From Macrostomum lignano (Eukaryota), in NCBI GenBank assembly GCA_002269645.1, contig NIVC01002544.1:1-64000 (forward strand): a stretch of DNA of 64,000 nt, read 5' to 3'. Positions 36,135 to 47,830 of the stretch are shown here, in pieces. The translations under genes were made by a program, and so were the position numbers. The notes below the pieces were generated by a model. That model did no database searches. It was not told the DNA's origin and was given only the letters and a program-made list of their open reading frames with translations. Position 1 is the first letter of the stretch, and each line of letters begins with the position of its first letter.

Positions 36135-36870
36135 TAGCATCTCCATTATCCCAATGTGTTCCCCTTTCCCAATATCCCAATCTGTTCTCCTTTCCCATTA
36201 TCCCAATGTGTTCCCCTTTTACCACTATCCCAATGTGTTCCCCTTTCCCATTATCCCAATGTGTTCCCCTTTCCCATTATCCCAATTTGTTCCCGTTTCC
36301 CATTATCCCAATCTGTTCCCCTTTCCCATTATCCCAATCTGTTCTCCTTTCCCATTATCCCAATGTGTTCCCCTTTCCCATTATCCCAATGTGTTCCCCT
36401 TTCCCATTATCCCAATTTGTTCCCGTTTCCCATTATCCCAATCTGTTCCCCTTTCCCATTATCCCAATCTGTTCTCCTTTCCCATTATCCCAATGTGTTC
36501 CCCTTTCCCACTATCCCAATGTATTCCCCTTCCCATTATCCCAATCTGTTCCCCTTTCCCATTATCGCAATCTGTTCCCCTTTCCCATTATCCCAATTTG
36601 TTCCCCTTTCCCATTATCCCAATTTGTTCCCTTTCCCACTATCCCAATGTGTTCCCCTTTCCCACTATCCCAATGTATTCCCTTTCCCATTATCCCAATG
36701 TATTCCCTTTCCCATTATCCCAATCTGTTCCCCTTTCCCACTATCCCAATGTATTCCCTTTCCCATTATCCCAATGTATTCCCTTTCCCATTATCCCAAT
36801 CTGTTCCCCTTTCCCACTATCCCAATTTGTTCCCTTTCCCATTATCCCAATCTTTTCCCCTTTGTCATTA
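36135..36870. repeat. ~26-bp pyrimidine-rich minisatellite
   Basis: TTCCCATTATCCCAATGTGTTCCCCT units. Confidence 0.92.
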
Positions 36871-38286
36871 CCTATCCCTTTGTCTCACGAATACCACGAT
36901 CCTCTCACTTCCCTTGTATCCCATCAATACCAGTCTATTATTAATCCTAACTAGGATTTCTCAAATTGCCGTTTATTGAATGTCACCGAATCTCTGCAAT
37001 GCCTATTGTTAATAATCAGAAAGCACTGTCTGTCGCATGCGGCAATTTAAAATGCAACAATTCAATGTGTTTTTTATAGCATTGTCTGTCTGTTTCTTTT
37101 GGCATTTGACTTTTTTAAGCCTACGTCGTGCGTACGTCGTACATCGACAAGTTCATATTTGTAATTTTGTATTCATCAACTCAGTTTTGTCACCAGGAGC
37201 TGTACTTCCTTAAACTAAGCTGTTTGTATTTTAAATTTGTTTTAACCGTGTGTAATTTTGTCAATATTAATCGTAATTAATTAGTTATGGTTCATGCCTC
37301 CCACTGTTTGCGATGGAATCATTAAAATATAAACGTCCATCGACTGCATCCAGCGTGTTGTTGTCAGCAATAGTCTGTTGCTTATGAATTTTATCAAAAT
37401 ATGAAGCGTTGGGATCTAATTCCATTCTTAATTAATCTCATCTATTACACGTTTCACTGCGATCCTAAGGCTAAGAGACCGCCATATGGGATGGTAGATA
37501 CTGCATGAATGACTGACTATATTCGCACATTCGGGTACCCTCAGTTGCCATGAACGTTTTCCAGCCAGATTTATATTTAGATTTATGCATTATCTGATAT
37601 TGCTACGTGTACATTGAATCATGTTTTGTATTTGCAATTGCTTTGGGTCAGTGGCATTTTTCATCTGTCGCTAAGCCTGACTGAAATAATGAATTAAGTG
37701 CATATGACTTTAATTCATGAGGTAACTCCGAGATACATGTCTTCCTTATAGAATCACCAGATTGCATGTAAGTAAAATTTTCGAAATTTCTTGCCTGGTA
37801 CGGCTAGATGTATATACATGTAGGTCAGCTAAGTAAGCTGCATGTTGACTCTTGCCTCAAAAGCTGATCAGTACATTATTTTTTCGATTTTACACTACGC
37901 AATTAATCTCAAGCTTCACTGCTGCCATGTACATACCCCATTTTCTCTGAATTCTCTAATCCCGTACATGTTAACTCTCAAGAAACTATCTCGATGTGTT
38001 GCTTGTGACAAAAAGGTTTGTAGGAACGATCTACATTGATCAGAATCAGAAGCAGCAAACAAAAAAGTACAAAATAAATTTAAATTTTGATTTTTAAATC
38101 TTGTAGAGTTCAAAAATCGAGGTGCAAAAAGCGGGGCAGTCTTATAATTTTCAGGTACAACATCGAAAAAACTCTTGCGTAAAAACTGTGGCAAAAATAA
38201 ACGCAAGAGTGCTCCTAAAATACAAACTTAAGTAAACAGAAAAATCGTGAAATTTTTTTCCTGCATTTTTTCACGATCATCTCAAT

Positions 38287-38470
38287 CAGTAGCGCAACCA
38301 GAAATTTTTCAAGGGGGGCAGATTCTGAGGGTAAAGTCCCGGGAGGGGGGGGGCGGCGGAGGGGTGGCTCTGTTTTTGGCGAAAATTCGCTTGGTCCCCC
38401 TTTGATTTTTTTTCGGTCCCCCGGCTAAGGGGGGGGCGACCGCCCCCCGCCCCCCCCGGTTGCGCCACTG
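38287..38470. mobile_element. 184-bp MITE, hAT-type
   Basis: TIRs CAGTAGCGCAACC / GGTTGCGCCACTG; 8-bp TSD ATCTCAAT / ATCTCAGT (1 mismatch). Confidence 0.8.
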
Positions 38471-39767
38471 ATCTCAGTTTTTAGAATAACTCCTCGCCGT
38501 AATGGTCCTTTTTCTTCCTATCTTGAAATTCCAGGTTTAATCACAGTTACGGTATTTGTTTCGTTAAGAGGCATGTTAAAACAAACGTTTACATTGGTTG
38601 TTGAATTAATAATTGTGCAAACAAACAGTTAAGGTTACTAAAAATAATTTATAAAATTGTAACTTAACTTAATAGCAGCTTTATTATCGTATTATTTTCA
38701 GAAAATTTTATGCGATATCAAAAAGCAACTTTTTTGTTTGCTAGCATTTCTACGAATTTAGAATTTAAGATTGTTTTGCATTTTACTTGATAGTGATTAC
38801 AAAAACTGTTAGCTATTCTGCTTTTACCTTTGAAACAAGTTAGTTTTCGGCTTTTAAATCAAAAAGGAGTTGACAAAACTAAAAAATCCTAGCCATTTAG
38901 GAGTGTCTTCCATAACCATTTGAGTTTTAAATTATAGTATACTGCCATTCAACATTGATTCATGAATTCTAACCATTTAGTGACTATTAATTGCTTATAT
39001 TTAATTATCTATTTTATGCGTCCACACAGGACTCAAGATATTTATCAGGAAGTTTCATAGATTTGTACTGTGTAGGCTTTTTTTTGATATACATTTGCTC
39101 TTTTTTCTAAGTGCTTCACCTTACCTTCATACATGCACACGTACATATGTGGCCAATTGGGCATAGCTCTGTGTTTTATTGAATGCTTTTCTTGACTTTA
39201 TTTTAACAAATTCAAACTTATTTGTAACTATTTTTAATTTAAATTTAAATTTAATTTGAATTTTAAGAATTGTTTTTAAAATTTCCCTTAATTAGTTGTA
39301 GGTTCAAACTAAGACTTTCAGTATAAAATGAGTTTGCCAAATTTAATCAATTATTGGAGTTTGTAGCATAGTAGTTCAATTTTAATTTCCTAATTAAATA
39401 TAGAACTATAAAAAAGTTGAAGAAAGTAACTAGTAACTTTCACATATCAGCAATTGTTAATGTTGGCTTTACAAATTATCAAATACTATTATGTTTAATA
39501 ATTGATAGAAATTTTAGGTTTTAATTAAGCTGGCTATTACAGCAATCATAATGTGCATTATGTCTGCTAATCTTAAAACCATTCAATTTTCTCCATTTTG
39601 TATTTTTAATTAAAGTCCCTTTATTAATAATGAAAATTTGATTTTATGACCACAAAATGATAAAGTTTTATACCCATCCATGAATACAACACATTAAATA
39701 GATACACCAAATACCCACTGGTCCACTTCTGTTTTTTTCATGTTAAGCTGAACACCCACTAATAGTC

Positions 39768-40103
39768 ATGGGAAACACGTTGCCGGCAGACATGTGCTCC
39801 ACATTCGACATGGAGGAGCTGAAGCGGCTGGGCAAGCGATTCAAGAAGCTGGATATCGATGGGTCTGGAAGCCTCTCGGTGGACGAATTCATGTCTCTGC
39901 CTGAGCTGCAGCAGAACCCGCTGGTCCAGCGTGTCATCGACATCTTCGACACAGACCAGAATGGCGAGGTGGACTTCAAAGAGTTCATTGACGGCGTTTC
40001 CCAGTTCTCTGTGAAGGGCGACAAGGAGGCCAAACTGCGTTTCGCGTTTAAGATCTACGATATTGACAAGGACGGCTTCATCAGCAATGGCGAGCTGTTC
40101 CAG
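39768..40103 (+). CDS. PPP3R1: Calcineurin B exon 1
   Basis: [10 protein letters not shown]...ISNGELFQ, then GTATG. Confidence 0.96.
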
Positions 40104-41578
40104 GTATGTTCGGGGCCTGATCAGAGTGAACTGCTATTCTCACGCACTGTTCACGCAGAGTGAACTGCTATTTTCACGCACCGTTCACACAGAGTGAACT
40201 GCTATTCTCGCACTGTTCACACAGAGTGAACTGCTTTTCTCGCACACTGTTCACACATATTCAACTGCTATTCTCACACACTGTTCACACAGAGTGAACA
40301 TTCTCACGCACTGTTCACACAGAGTGAACTGCTATTTTCACGCACCGTTCACACAGAGTGAACTGCTATTCTCGCACTGTTCACACAGAGTGAACTGCTT
40401 TTCTCGCACACTGTTCACACATATTCAACTGCTATTCTCACACACTGTTCACACAGAGTGAACATTCTCACGCACTGTTCACACAGAGTGAACTGCTATT
40501 CTCGCACACTGTTCACACAGAGTGAACTGCTATTCTCGCACTGTTCACACAGAGTGAACTGCTTTTCTCGCACACTGTTCACACATATTCAACTGCTATT
40601 CTCACACACTGTTCACACAGAGTGAACATTCTCACGCACTGTTCACACAGAGTGAACTGCTATTCTCGCACACTGTTCACACAGAGTGAACTGCTATTCT
40701 CACACACTGTTCACGCAGAGTGAACTGCTATTCTCACAACACTGTTCACACAGAGTAAACTGCTATTTTCACGCACCGTTCACACAGAGTGAACTGCTTT
40801 TCTCGCACACTGTTCACACAGAGTGAACTGCTTTTCTCGCACACTGTTCACACAGAGTGAACTGCTTTTCTCGCACACTGTTCACACAGAGTGAACTGCT
40901 ATTCTCGCACACTGTTCACACAGAGTGAACTGCTATTCTCGCACACTGTTCACGCAGAGTGAACTGCTATTCTCGCACACTGTTCACGCAGAGTGAACTG
41001 CTATTCTCGCACACTGTTCACGCAGAGTGAACTGCTATTCTCGCACACTGTTCACGCAGAGTGAACTGCTATTCTCGCACACTGTTCACGCAGAGTGAAC
41101 TGCTATTCTCGCACACTGTTCACGCAGAGTGAACTGCTATTCTCGCACACTGTTCACGCAGAGTGAACTGCTATTCTCGCACACTGTTCACGCAGAGTGA
41201 ACTGCTATTCTCGCACACTGTTCACGCAGAGTGAACTGCTATTCTCGCACACTGTTCACGCAGAGTGAACTGCTATTCTCGCACACTGTTCACGCAGAGT
41301 GAACTGCTATTCTCACACACTGTTCACACAGATTGAACTGCTGTTCTCACACACTGTTCACAGAGTGAACTGCTGTTCTCACGAGCCACCCACTCATTCA
41401 CCGCCAGGTGCTGAAAATGATGGTCGGCAACAATCTGAAGGACACTCAGTTGCAGCAGATTGTTGACAAAACCATCATCTTTGCTGACAAAGACGGGGAC
41501 GGCAGAATCTCCTATGAGGAGTTCTGCGACTTGGTCGGCGGTCTGGACGTTCACAAAAAGATGGTGGTAGATGTCTGA
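39768..41578 (+). CDS. PPP3R1: Calcineurin subunit B (protein phosphatase 3 regulatory subunit), 168 aa, 2 exons
   Basis: Exons 39768-40103, 41408-41578. [18 protein letters not shown]...[15 protein letters not shown]...[23 protein letters not shown]...KKMVVDV; four EF hands. Confidence 0.97.
40120..41385. repeat. 34-bp minisatellite filling the calcineurin B intron
   Basis: CGCAGAGTGAACTGCTATTCTCGCACACTGTTCA units. Confidence 0.95.
41408..41578 (+). CDS. PPP3R1: Calcineurin B exon 2
   Basis: [12 protein letters not shown]...MVVDV*. Confidence 0.96.
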   Translation: MLKMMVGNNLKDTQLQQIVDKTIIFADKDGDGRISYEEFCDLVGGLDVHKKMVVDV

Positions 41579-42229
41579 TCCTGTGCTCTGTTAGCCTCTA
41601 CATTATCTAATTATCTTCTATCCTTCTATTTTTAGCAACTCTGGTCCGATTTGCCTACTGCTGAAGTGTTAGTAGTATGGTATTGTTATCGAAGCATTGT
41701 CTATATATATATACACATAAATTTCCTTACGCTCAGTCTAACCAATATTCGTGTTGTATCGCTGTTTAATACAACGCTCTCTTAATGTACCCGTCTGTCT
41801 TTTCCTCGCTATTCCGAATATTGTGCGCTTCTATAGCTTTTGAAAAAATTTTCTTTACACTTTTTACTGGAATGCGCTATCAATGCTACTTATGTTAGTA
41901 GCGAAAGTCCCCGAGGCACTCCGTCGTTTGACCCTGCGCAGGTTTCCGACTACAATATTTGTGGGTTGTTTATATTCACAGCAATGATGCATGCGAATCT
42001 CTACTCATTTGGTTTAGTCACAAAGTCAGACATTTTTCACAATCTTGCAGTGCTATGCAACCTTTGAACTTTGAACCTTTGCTTGCTGTCTAAATTTTCT
42101 TGATCACTTTTGTGACTCAAATTTCCAGCTGCAACATAAATTTTACCTCACCTCTAATTACGCGTAATCTACTATAAACTTTATGCTCTCCTTATTTAAT
42201 CCACTGGGACTAACCATGGGTGCGTACTT

Positions 42230-43165
42230 TCCTGACCAATTACCTGTCTTTACTGACCAATTATCAGTCCTTCCTGACCAATTATCAGTCCTTACTGACC
42301 AATTATCAGTCCTTGCTGACCAATTATCAGTCCTTCCTGACCAATTATCAGTCCTTCCTGACCAATTATCAGTCCTTCCTGACCAATTATCAGTCCTTAA
42401 TGACCAATTATCAGTCTTTACTGACCAATTATCAGTCCTTACTGACCAATTATCAGTCCTTACTGACCAATTATCAGTCCTTCCTGACCAGTTATCAGTC
42501 TTTACTGACCAATTATCAGTCCTTCCTGACCAATTATCAGTCCTTACTGACCAATTATCAGTCCTTGCTGACCAATTATCAGTCCTTCCTGACCAATTAT
42601 CAGTCCTTAATGACCAATTATCAGTCTTTACTGACCAATTATCAGTCCTTACTGACCAATTATCAGTCCTTACTGACCAATTATCAGTCCTTCCTGACCA
42701 GTTATCAGTCTTTACTGACCAATTATCAGTCCTTCCTGACCAATTATCAGTCCTTACTGACCAATTATCAGTCCTTACTGACCAATTATCAGTCCTTACT
42801 GACCAATTATCAGTCCTTACTGACCAATTATCAGTCCTTACTGACCAATTATCAGTCCTTCCTGACCAATTATCAGTCCTTACTGACCAATTATCAGTCC
42901 TTACTGACCAATTATCAGTCCTTACTGACCAATTATCAGTCCTTACTGACCAATTATCAGTCCTTACTGACCAATTATCAGTCCTTACTGACCAATTATA
43001 AGTCCTTACTGACCAATTATCAGTCTTTACTGACCAATTATCAGTCCTTCCTGACCAATTATCAGTCCTAACTGACCAATTATCAGTCCTTGCTGACCAA
43101 TTATCAGTCCTTCCTGACCAATTATCAGTCCTTACTGACCAATTGTCAGTCCTTTCTGACCAATT
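42230..43165. repeat. 21-bp minisatellite
   Basis: CTGACCAATTATCAGTCCTTA units. Confidence 0.95.
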
Positions 43166-43600
43166 TTTTCAAGCCGAATCGTTTCTCAAACATATTTTTG
43201 TTTAAATTCCCCTAAATTTGTTTTGCTCGTATTAATTGGATTCTCGGTCGCTTTTACTGTTGTTCCAAACTTCATAGTTTTCCGGCTTTATGGCTAATAA
43301 CGAAATTGGTTGCGCCGTGTTATAACAAACTCAGTACTATTTTAAACAGGAACATTTTTTATTGAAACTTAATATATTTAATTTACCTTTGTTGCCTTTC
43401 TCTACTGAATGACCATTCAATATGTTATTTTCGGTGTTGTCTCTGCATTACTGGGTCGCAATAAACTCACTGCAAGTGCTTTTGCCAGCTTAGCGGGATC
43501 TGAGCTTGGCACAGATCGATACGATAAGCGATGAAGCTGGAGTTCCCTGATTGTTCTCAATTTGATGATGGGCAGGCTTATTGAAATTTTCTCGGTGGTT

Positions 43601-44646
43601 GCATTGGGGCAGAGGGAAAGCATTGGGGCAGAGGGTAAAGCATTGGGGCAGAGGGTAAAGCATTGGAGCAGAGGGTAAAGCATTGGGGCAGAGGGTAAAG
43701 CATTGGGGCAGAGGGTAAAGCATTGCAGCAGAATGTAAAGCATTGGGGCAGAGGGTAAAGCATTGGGGCAGAGGGTAAAGCATTGAGGCAGAGGGTAAAG
43801 CATTGGGGCAGAGGGTAAAGCATTGGGGCAGAGGGTAAAGCATTGGGGCAGAGGGTAAAGCATTGGGGCAGAGGGTAAAGCATTGGGGCAGAGGGGAAAG
43901 CATTGGGGCAGAGGGTAAAGCATTGGGGCAGAGGGTAAAGCATTGGGGCAGAGGGTAAATCATTGGGGCAGAGGGTAAAGCATTGGGGCAGAGGGTAAAG
44001 CATTGGGGCAGAGGGTAAAGCATTGGGGCAGAGGGTAAAGCATTGAAGCAGAGGGTAAAGCATTGGGGCAGAGGGTAAAGCATTGGAGCAGAGGGTAAAG
44101 CATTGGGGCAGAGGGTAAAGCATTGGGGCAGAGGGTAAAGCATTGGGGCAGAGGGTAAAGCATTGGGGCAGAGGGTAAAGCATTGGGGCAGAGGGTAAAG
44201 CATTGGGGCAGAGGGTAAAGCATTGGGGCAGAGGGTAAAGCATTGGGGCAGAGGGTAAAGCATTGAGGTAGAGGGTAAAGCATTGGAGCAGAGGGTAAAA
44301 AGCATTGGGGCAGAGGGTAAAGCATTGGAGCAGAGGGTAAAGCATTGGGGCAGAGGGTAAAGCATTGGGGCAGAGGGTAAAGCATTGGGGCAGAGGGTAA
44401 AGCATTGGGGCAGAGGGTAAAGCATTGGGGCAGAGGGTAAAGCATTGGAGCAGAGGGTAAAGCATTGGGGCAGAGGGTAAAGCATTGGGGCAGAGGGTAA
44501 AGCATTGGGGCAGAGGGTAAAGCATTGGAGCAGAGGGTAAAGCATTGGGGCAGAGGGTAAAGCATTGGGGCAGAGGGTAAAGCATTGGAGCAGAGGGTAA
44601 AGCATTGGGGCAGAGGGTAAAGCATTGGAGCAGAGGGTAAAGCATT
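43601..44646. repeat. 20-bp G-rich minisatellite
   Basis: GCATTGGGGCAGAGGGTAAA units. Confidence 0.95.
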
Positions 44647-45117
44647 TTGATGGAGAGTAGTTCGGGGTGCAAGTACGGCAGTGTGACTGTTGCAGCACAA
44701 GCTATCTTCATCAACACGAACCAATACGAAGTATTTTTCGGTTCATTTTTTGAGAAACAGGCGGTGCTTGCGATTTTCATTACCTTCAGCAAATTTCCTC
44801 ATTTCGTGTGCCGTCGGCATTCCTGCAGTGCTGCCCGCGGGAGGCAAAGGGCAGATTCTTCATCTCTGCCGTCTGCTGCGTGTGCCACAGCTTCACCACT
44901 TTGGACAGCCGGACAGGGTTGGGGGATTTCATTTTTTATCAAAGATCCTCTGGGAGTCTGGATTGCGCTAGCGCTGCCGCCCCTGGCTGGCACTTACGGG
45001 ATATTAAAAATTCATATAGGGAATTTGCGAGTGGCACTGAGGCAGCTTCGCTTATCTTTGTTTTGTCGCGTGCTTTTGCACAGCTGACGCGATTCGCCAG
45101 GTTATGGGGAACTGGCC

Positions 45118-45776
45118 TGACTGCAGGGTGCTGACCAGCCTGACTGCAGGGTGCTGACCAGTCTGACTGCAGGGTGCTGACCAGCCTGACTGCAGGGTGC
45201 TGACCAGTCTGACTGCAGGGTGCTGACCAGCCTGACTGCAGGGTGCTGACCAGTCTGACTGCAGGGTGCTGACCAGTCTGACTGCAGGGTGCTGACTAGT
45301 CTGAGTGCAGGGTGCTGACTAGTCTGACTGCAGGGTGCTGACCAGTCTGACTGCAGGGTGCTGACCAGCCTGACTGCAGGGTGCTGACCAGTCTGACTGC
45401 AGGGTGCTGACCAGTCTGACTGCAGGGTGCTGACTAGTCTGAGTGCAGGGTGCTGACTAGTCTGACTGCAGGGTGCTGACCAGTCTGGCTGCAGGGTGCT
45501 GACCAGTCTGACTGCAGGGTGCTGACCAGTCTGACTGCAGGGTGCTGACCAGCCTGACTGCAGGGTGCTGACTAGTCTGACTGCAGGGTGCTGACCAGTC
45601 TGGCTGCAGGGTGCTGACCAGTCTGACTGCAGGGTGCTGACCAGTCTGACTGCAGGGTGCTGACCAGCCTGACTGCAGGGTGCTGACTAGTCTGACTGCA
45701 GGGTGCTGACCAGTCTGACTGCAGGGTGCTGACCAGCCTGACTGCAGGGTGCTGACCAGTCTGACTGCAGGGTGCT
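45118..45776. repeat. 23-bp minisatellite
   Basis: CTGACTGCAGGGTGCTGACCAGT units. Confidence 0.95.
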
Positions 45777-46204
45777 TACCGCTATTTCTATTTTATTTAC
45801 CATTCTTGATTTGCATCAGAAAAAGCTGATTTTCAGATTATTTAGTATTTGCATTACTAAAAGTAGTCAGCCAGAAGCAGTAGCAGAATAACTTGAAATT
45901 AAACAGAAATGAATACTTGCTGTATTAATAGTTGTCAGCCATATGCCTGTATTTCAATGCTGTATTCAATAGAGCAAAATTTGATAATTTCTAAACATTT
46001 GCAATACTGAGTGAGCAGACAGTGCCAGTACTGGAAAGCATAATAATAATGCTTGTCATAGAATACAGCTCAGCCGTGACTATCCGGTCAGTAAAATTTC
46101 TAATCCTTCTTTTCTTACAGGTGCAGCACAAGAGGTAGGCAGGAAAAGGCGAGGTTTATCATGAGATAAGAATGAAGAAATGACTAAGATTAATCATAGC
46201 GATT

Positions 46205-47520
46205 AGACATAGGAACAATGAGATTCATGATGAGATTAGAGATGGGATCAATGGGATTCATGGTGAGATTAGAGATGGAATCAATGAGATTCATGATGAG
46301 ATTAGAGATGGAATCAATGAGATTCATGATGAGATTAGAGATGGAATCAATGAGATTCATGATGAGATTAGAGATGGAATCAATGAGATTCATGATGAGA
46401 TTAGAGATGGAATCAATGAGATTCATGATGAGATTAGAGATGGAATCAATGAGATTCATGATGAGATTAGAGATGGAATCAATGGGATTCATGATGAGAT
46501 TAGAGATGGGATCAATGAGATTCATGATGAGATTAGAGATGGAATCAATGAGATTCATGATGAGATTAGAGATGGGATCAATGAGATTCATGGTGAGATT
46601 AGAGGTGGAATCAATGAGGTTCATGGTGAGATTAGAGATGGAATCAATGAGATTCATGATGAGATTAGAGATGGAATCAATGGGATTCATGGTGAGATTA
46701 GAGATGGAATCAATGAGATTCATGATGAGATTAGAGATGGAATCAATGAGATTCATGATGAGATTAGAGATGGAATCAATGAGATTCATGATGAGATTAG
46801 AGATGGAATCAATGAGATTCATGATGAGATTAGAGATGGAATCAATGAGATTCATGATGAGATTAGAGATGGAATCAATGAGATTCATGATGAGATTAGA
46901 GATGGAATCAATGAGATTCATGATGAGATTAGAGATGGAATCAATGGGATTCATGATGAGATTAGAGATGGAATCAATGGGATTCATGATGAGATTAGAG
47001 ATGGGATCAATGAGATTCATGATGAGATTAGAGATGGAATCAATGAGATTCATGATGAGATTAGAGATGGGATCAATGAGATTCATGGTGAGATTAGAGG
47101 TGGAATCAATGAGGTTCATGGTGAGATTAGAGATGGAATCAATGAGATTCATGATGAGATTAGAGATGGAATCAATGGGATTCATGGTGAGATTAGAGAT
47201 GGAATCAATGAGATTCATGATGAGATTAGAGATGGAATCAATGGGATTCATGGTGAGATTAGAGATAGGATCAATGAGATTCATGATGAGATTAGAGATG
47301 GCATCAATGGGATTCATGGTGAGATTAGAGATGGAATCAATGAGATTCATGATGAGATTAGGGATGGGACCAATGAGATTCATAATGAGATTGGAGATGG
47401 GAACAATGAGATTAATAGTGAGATTAGAGATGGGATCAATGAGGTTCATGATGAGATTAGAGATGGGATCAATGAGGTTCATGATGAGATTAGACATGGG
47501 AACAAATAGATTCATGGTGA
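46205..47520. repeat. 33-bp minisatellite
   Basis: ATGGAATCAATGAGATTCATGATGAGATTAGAG units. Confidence 0.95.
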
Positions 47521-47711
47521 GATTTGCGATGAGAGCTATGTTAGGATTGATTGCAGTGTTATGAAGTTTGAAGTTTAACTTTAACATGTTAACGATGTCA
47601 GGAATTGATTTGATTTCGAAGACAAGAGACCCATGAAATTGACATTAATGTCAGGCATGAACAAATGAATGGCACAGATGAACTTCTGCAGTTGCATTTG
47701 GTGCGCCCTGA

Positions 47712-47830
47712 TCAGCGGGTTTGGCAGAGTTGCCATGCCATCAGCAACAGCGGTGCAGCAAGCTGACGGCTCAGCCAAGGGCACTCGGCGGCCGGAGGTG
47801 CTCCATTGTTGAGACCGGAAAAAAGTACGC
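47712..47830 (-). CDS. CUB protein exon 10 (GPI-signal-like tail)
   Basis: VLFSGLNNGAPPAAECPWLSRQLAAPLLLMAWQLCQTR*. Confidence 0.75.

Noticed and set aside
13870-39768. Operon / SL trans-spliced polycistron of the co-oriented plus-strand genes
   Set aside because: Intergenic gaps are 1.8-3.7 kb with AT-rich promoter-like sequence; no direct evidence from sequence alone.
40120-41385. CRISPR-like array (34-bp partly palindromic repeat)
   Set aside because: Head-to-tail units with no unique spacers, no cas genes, located inside a eukaryotic intron.
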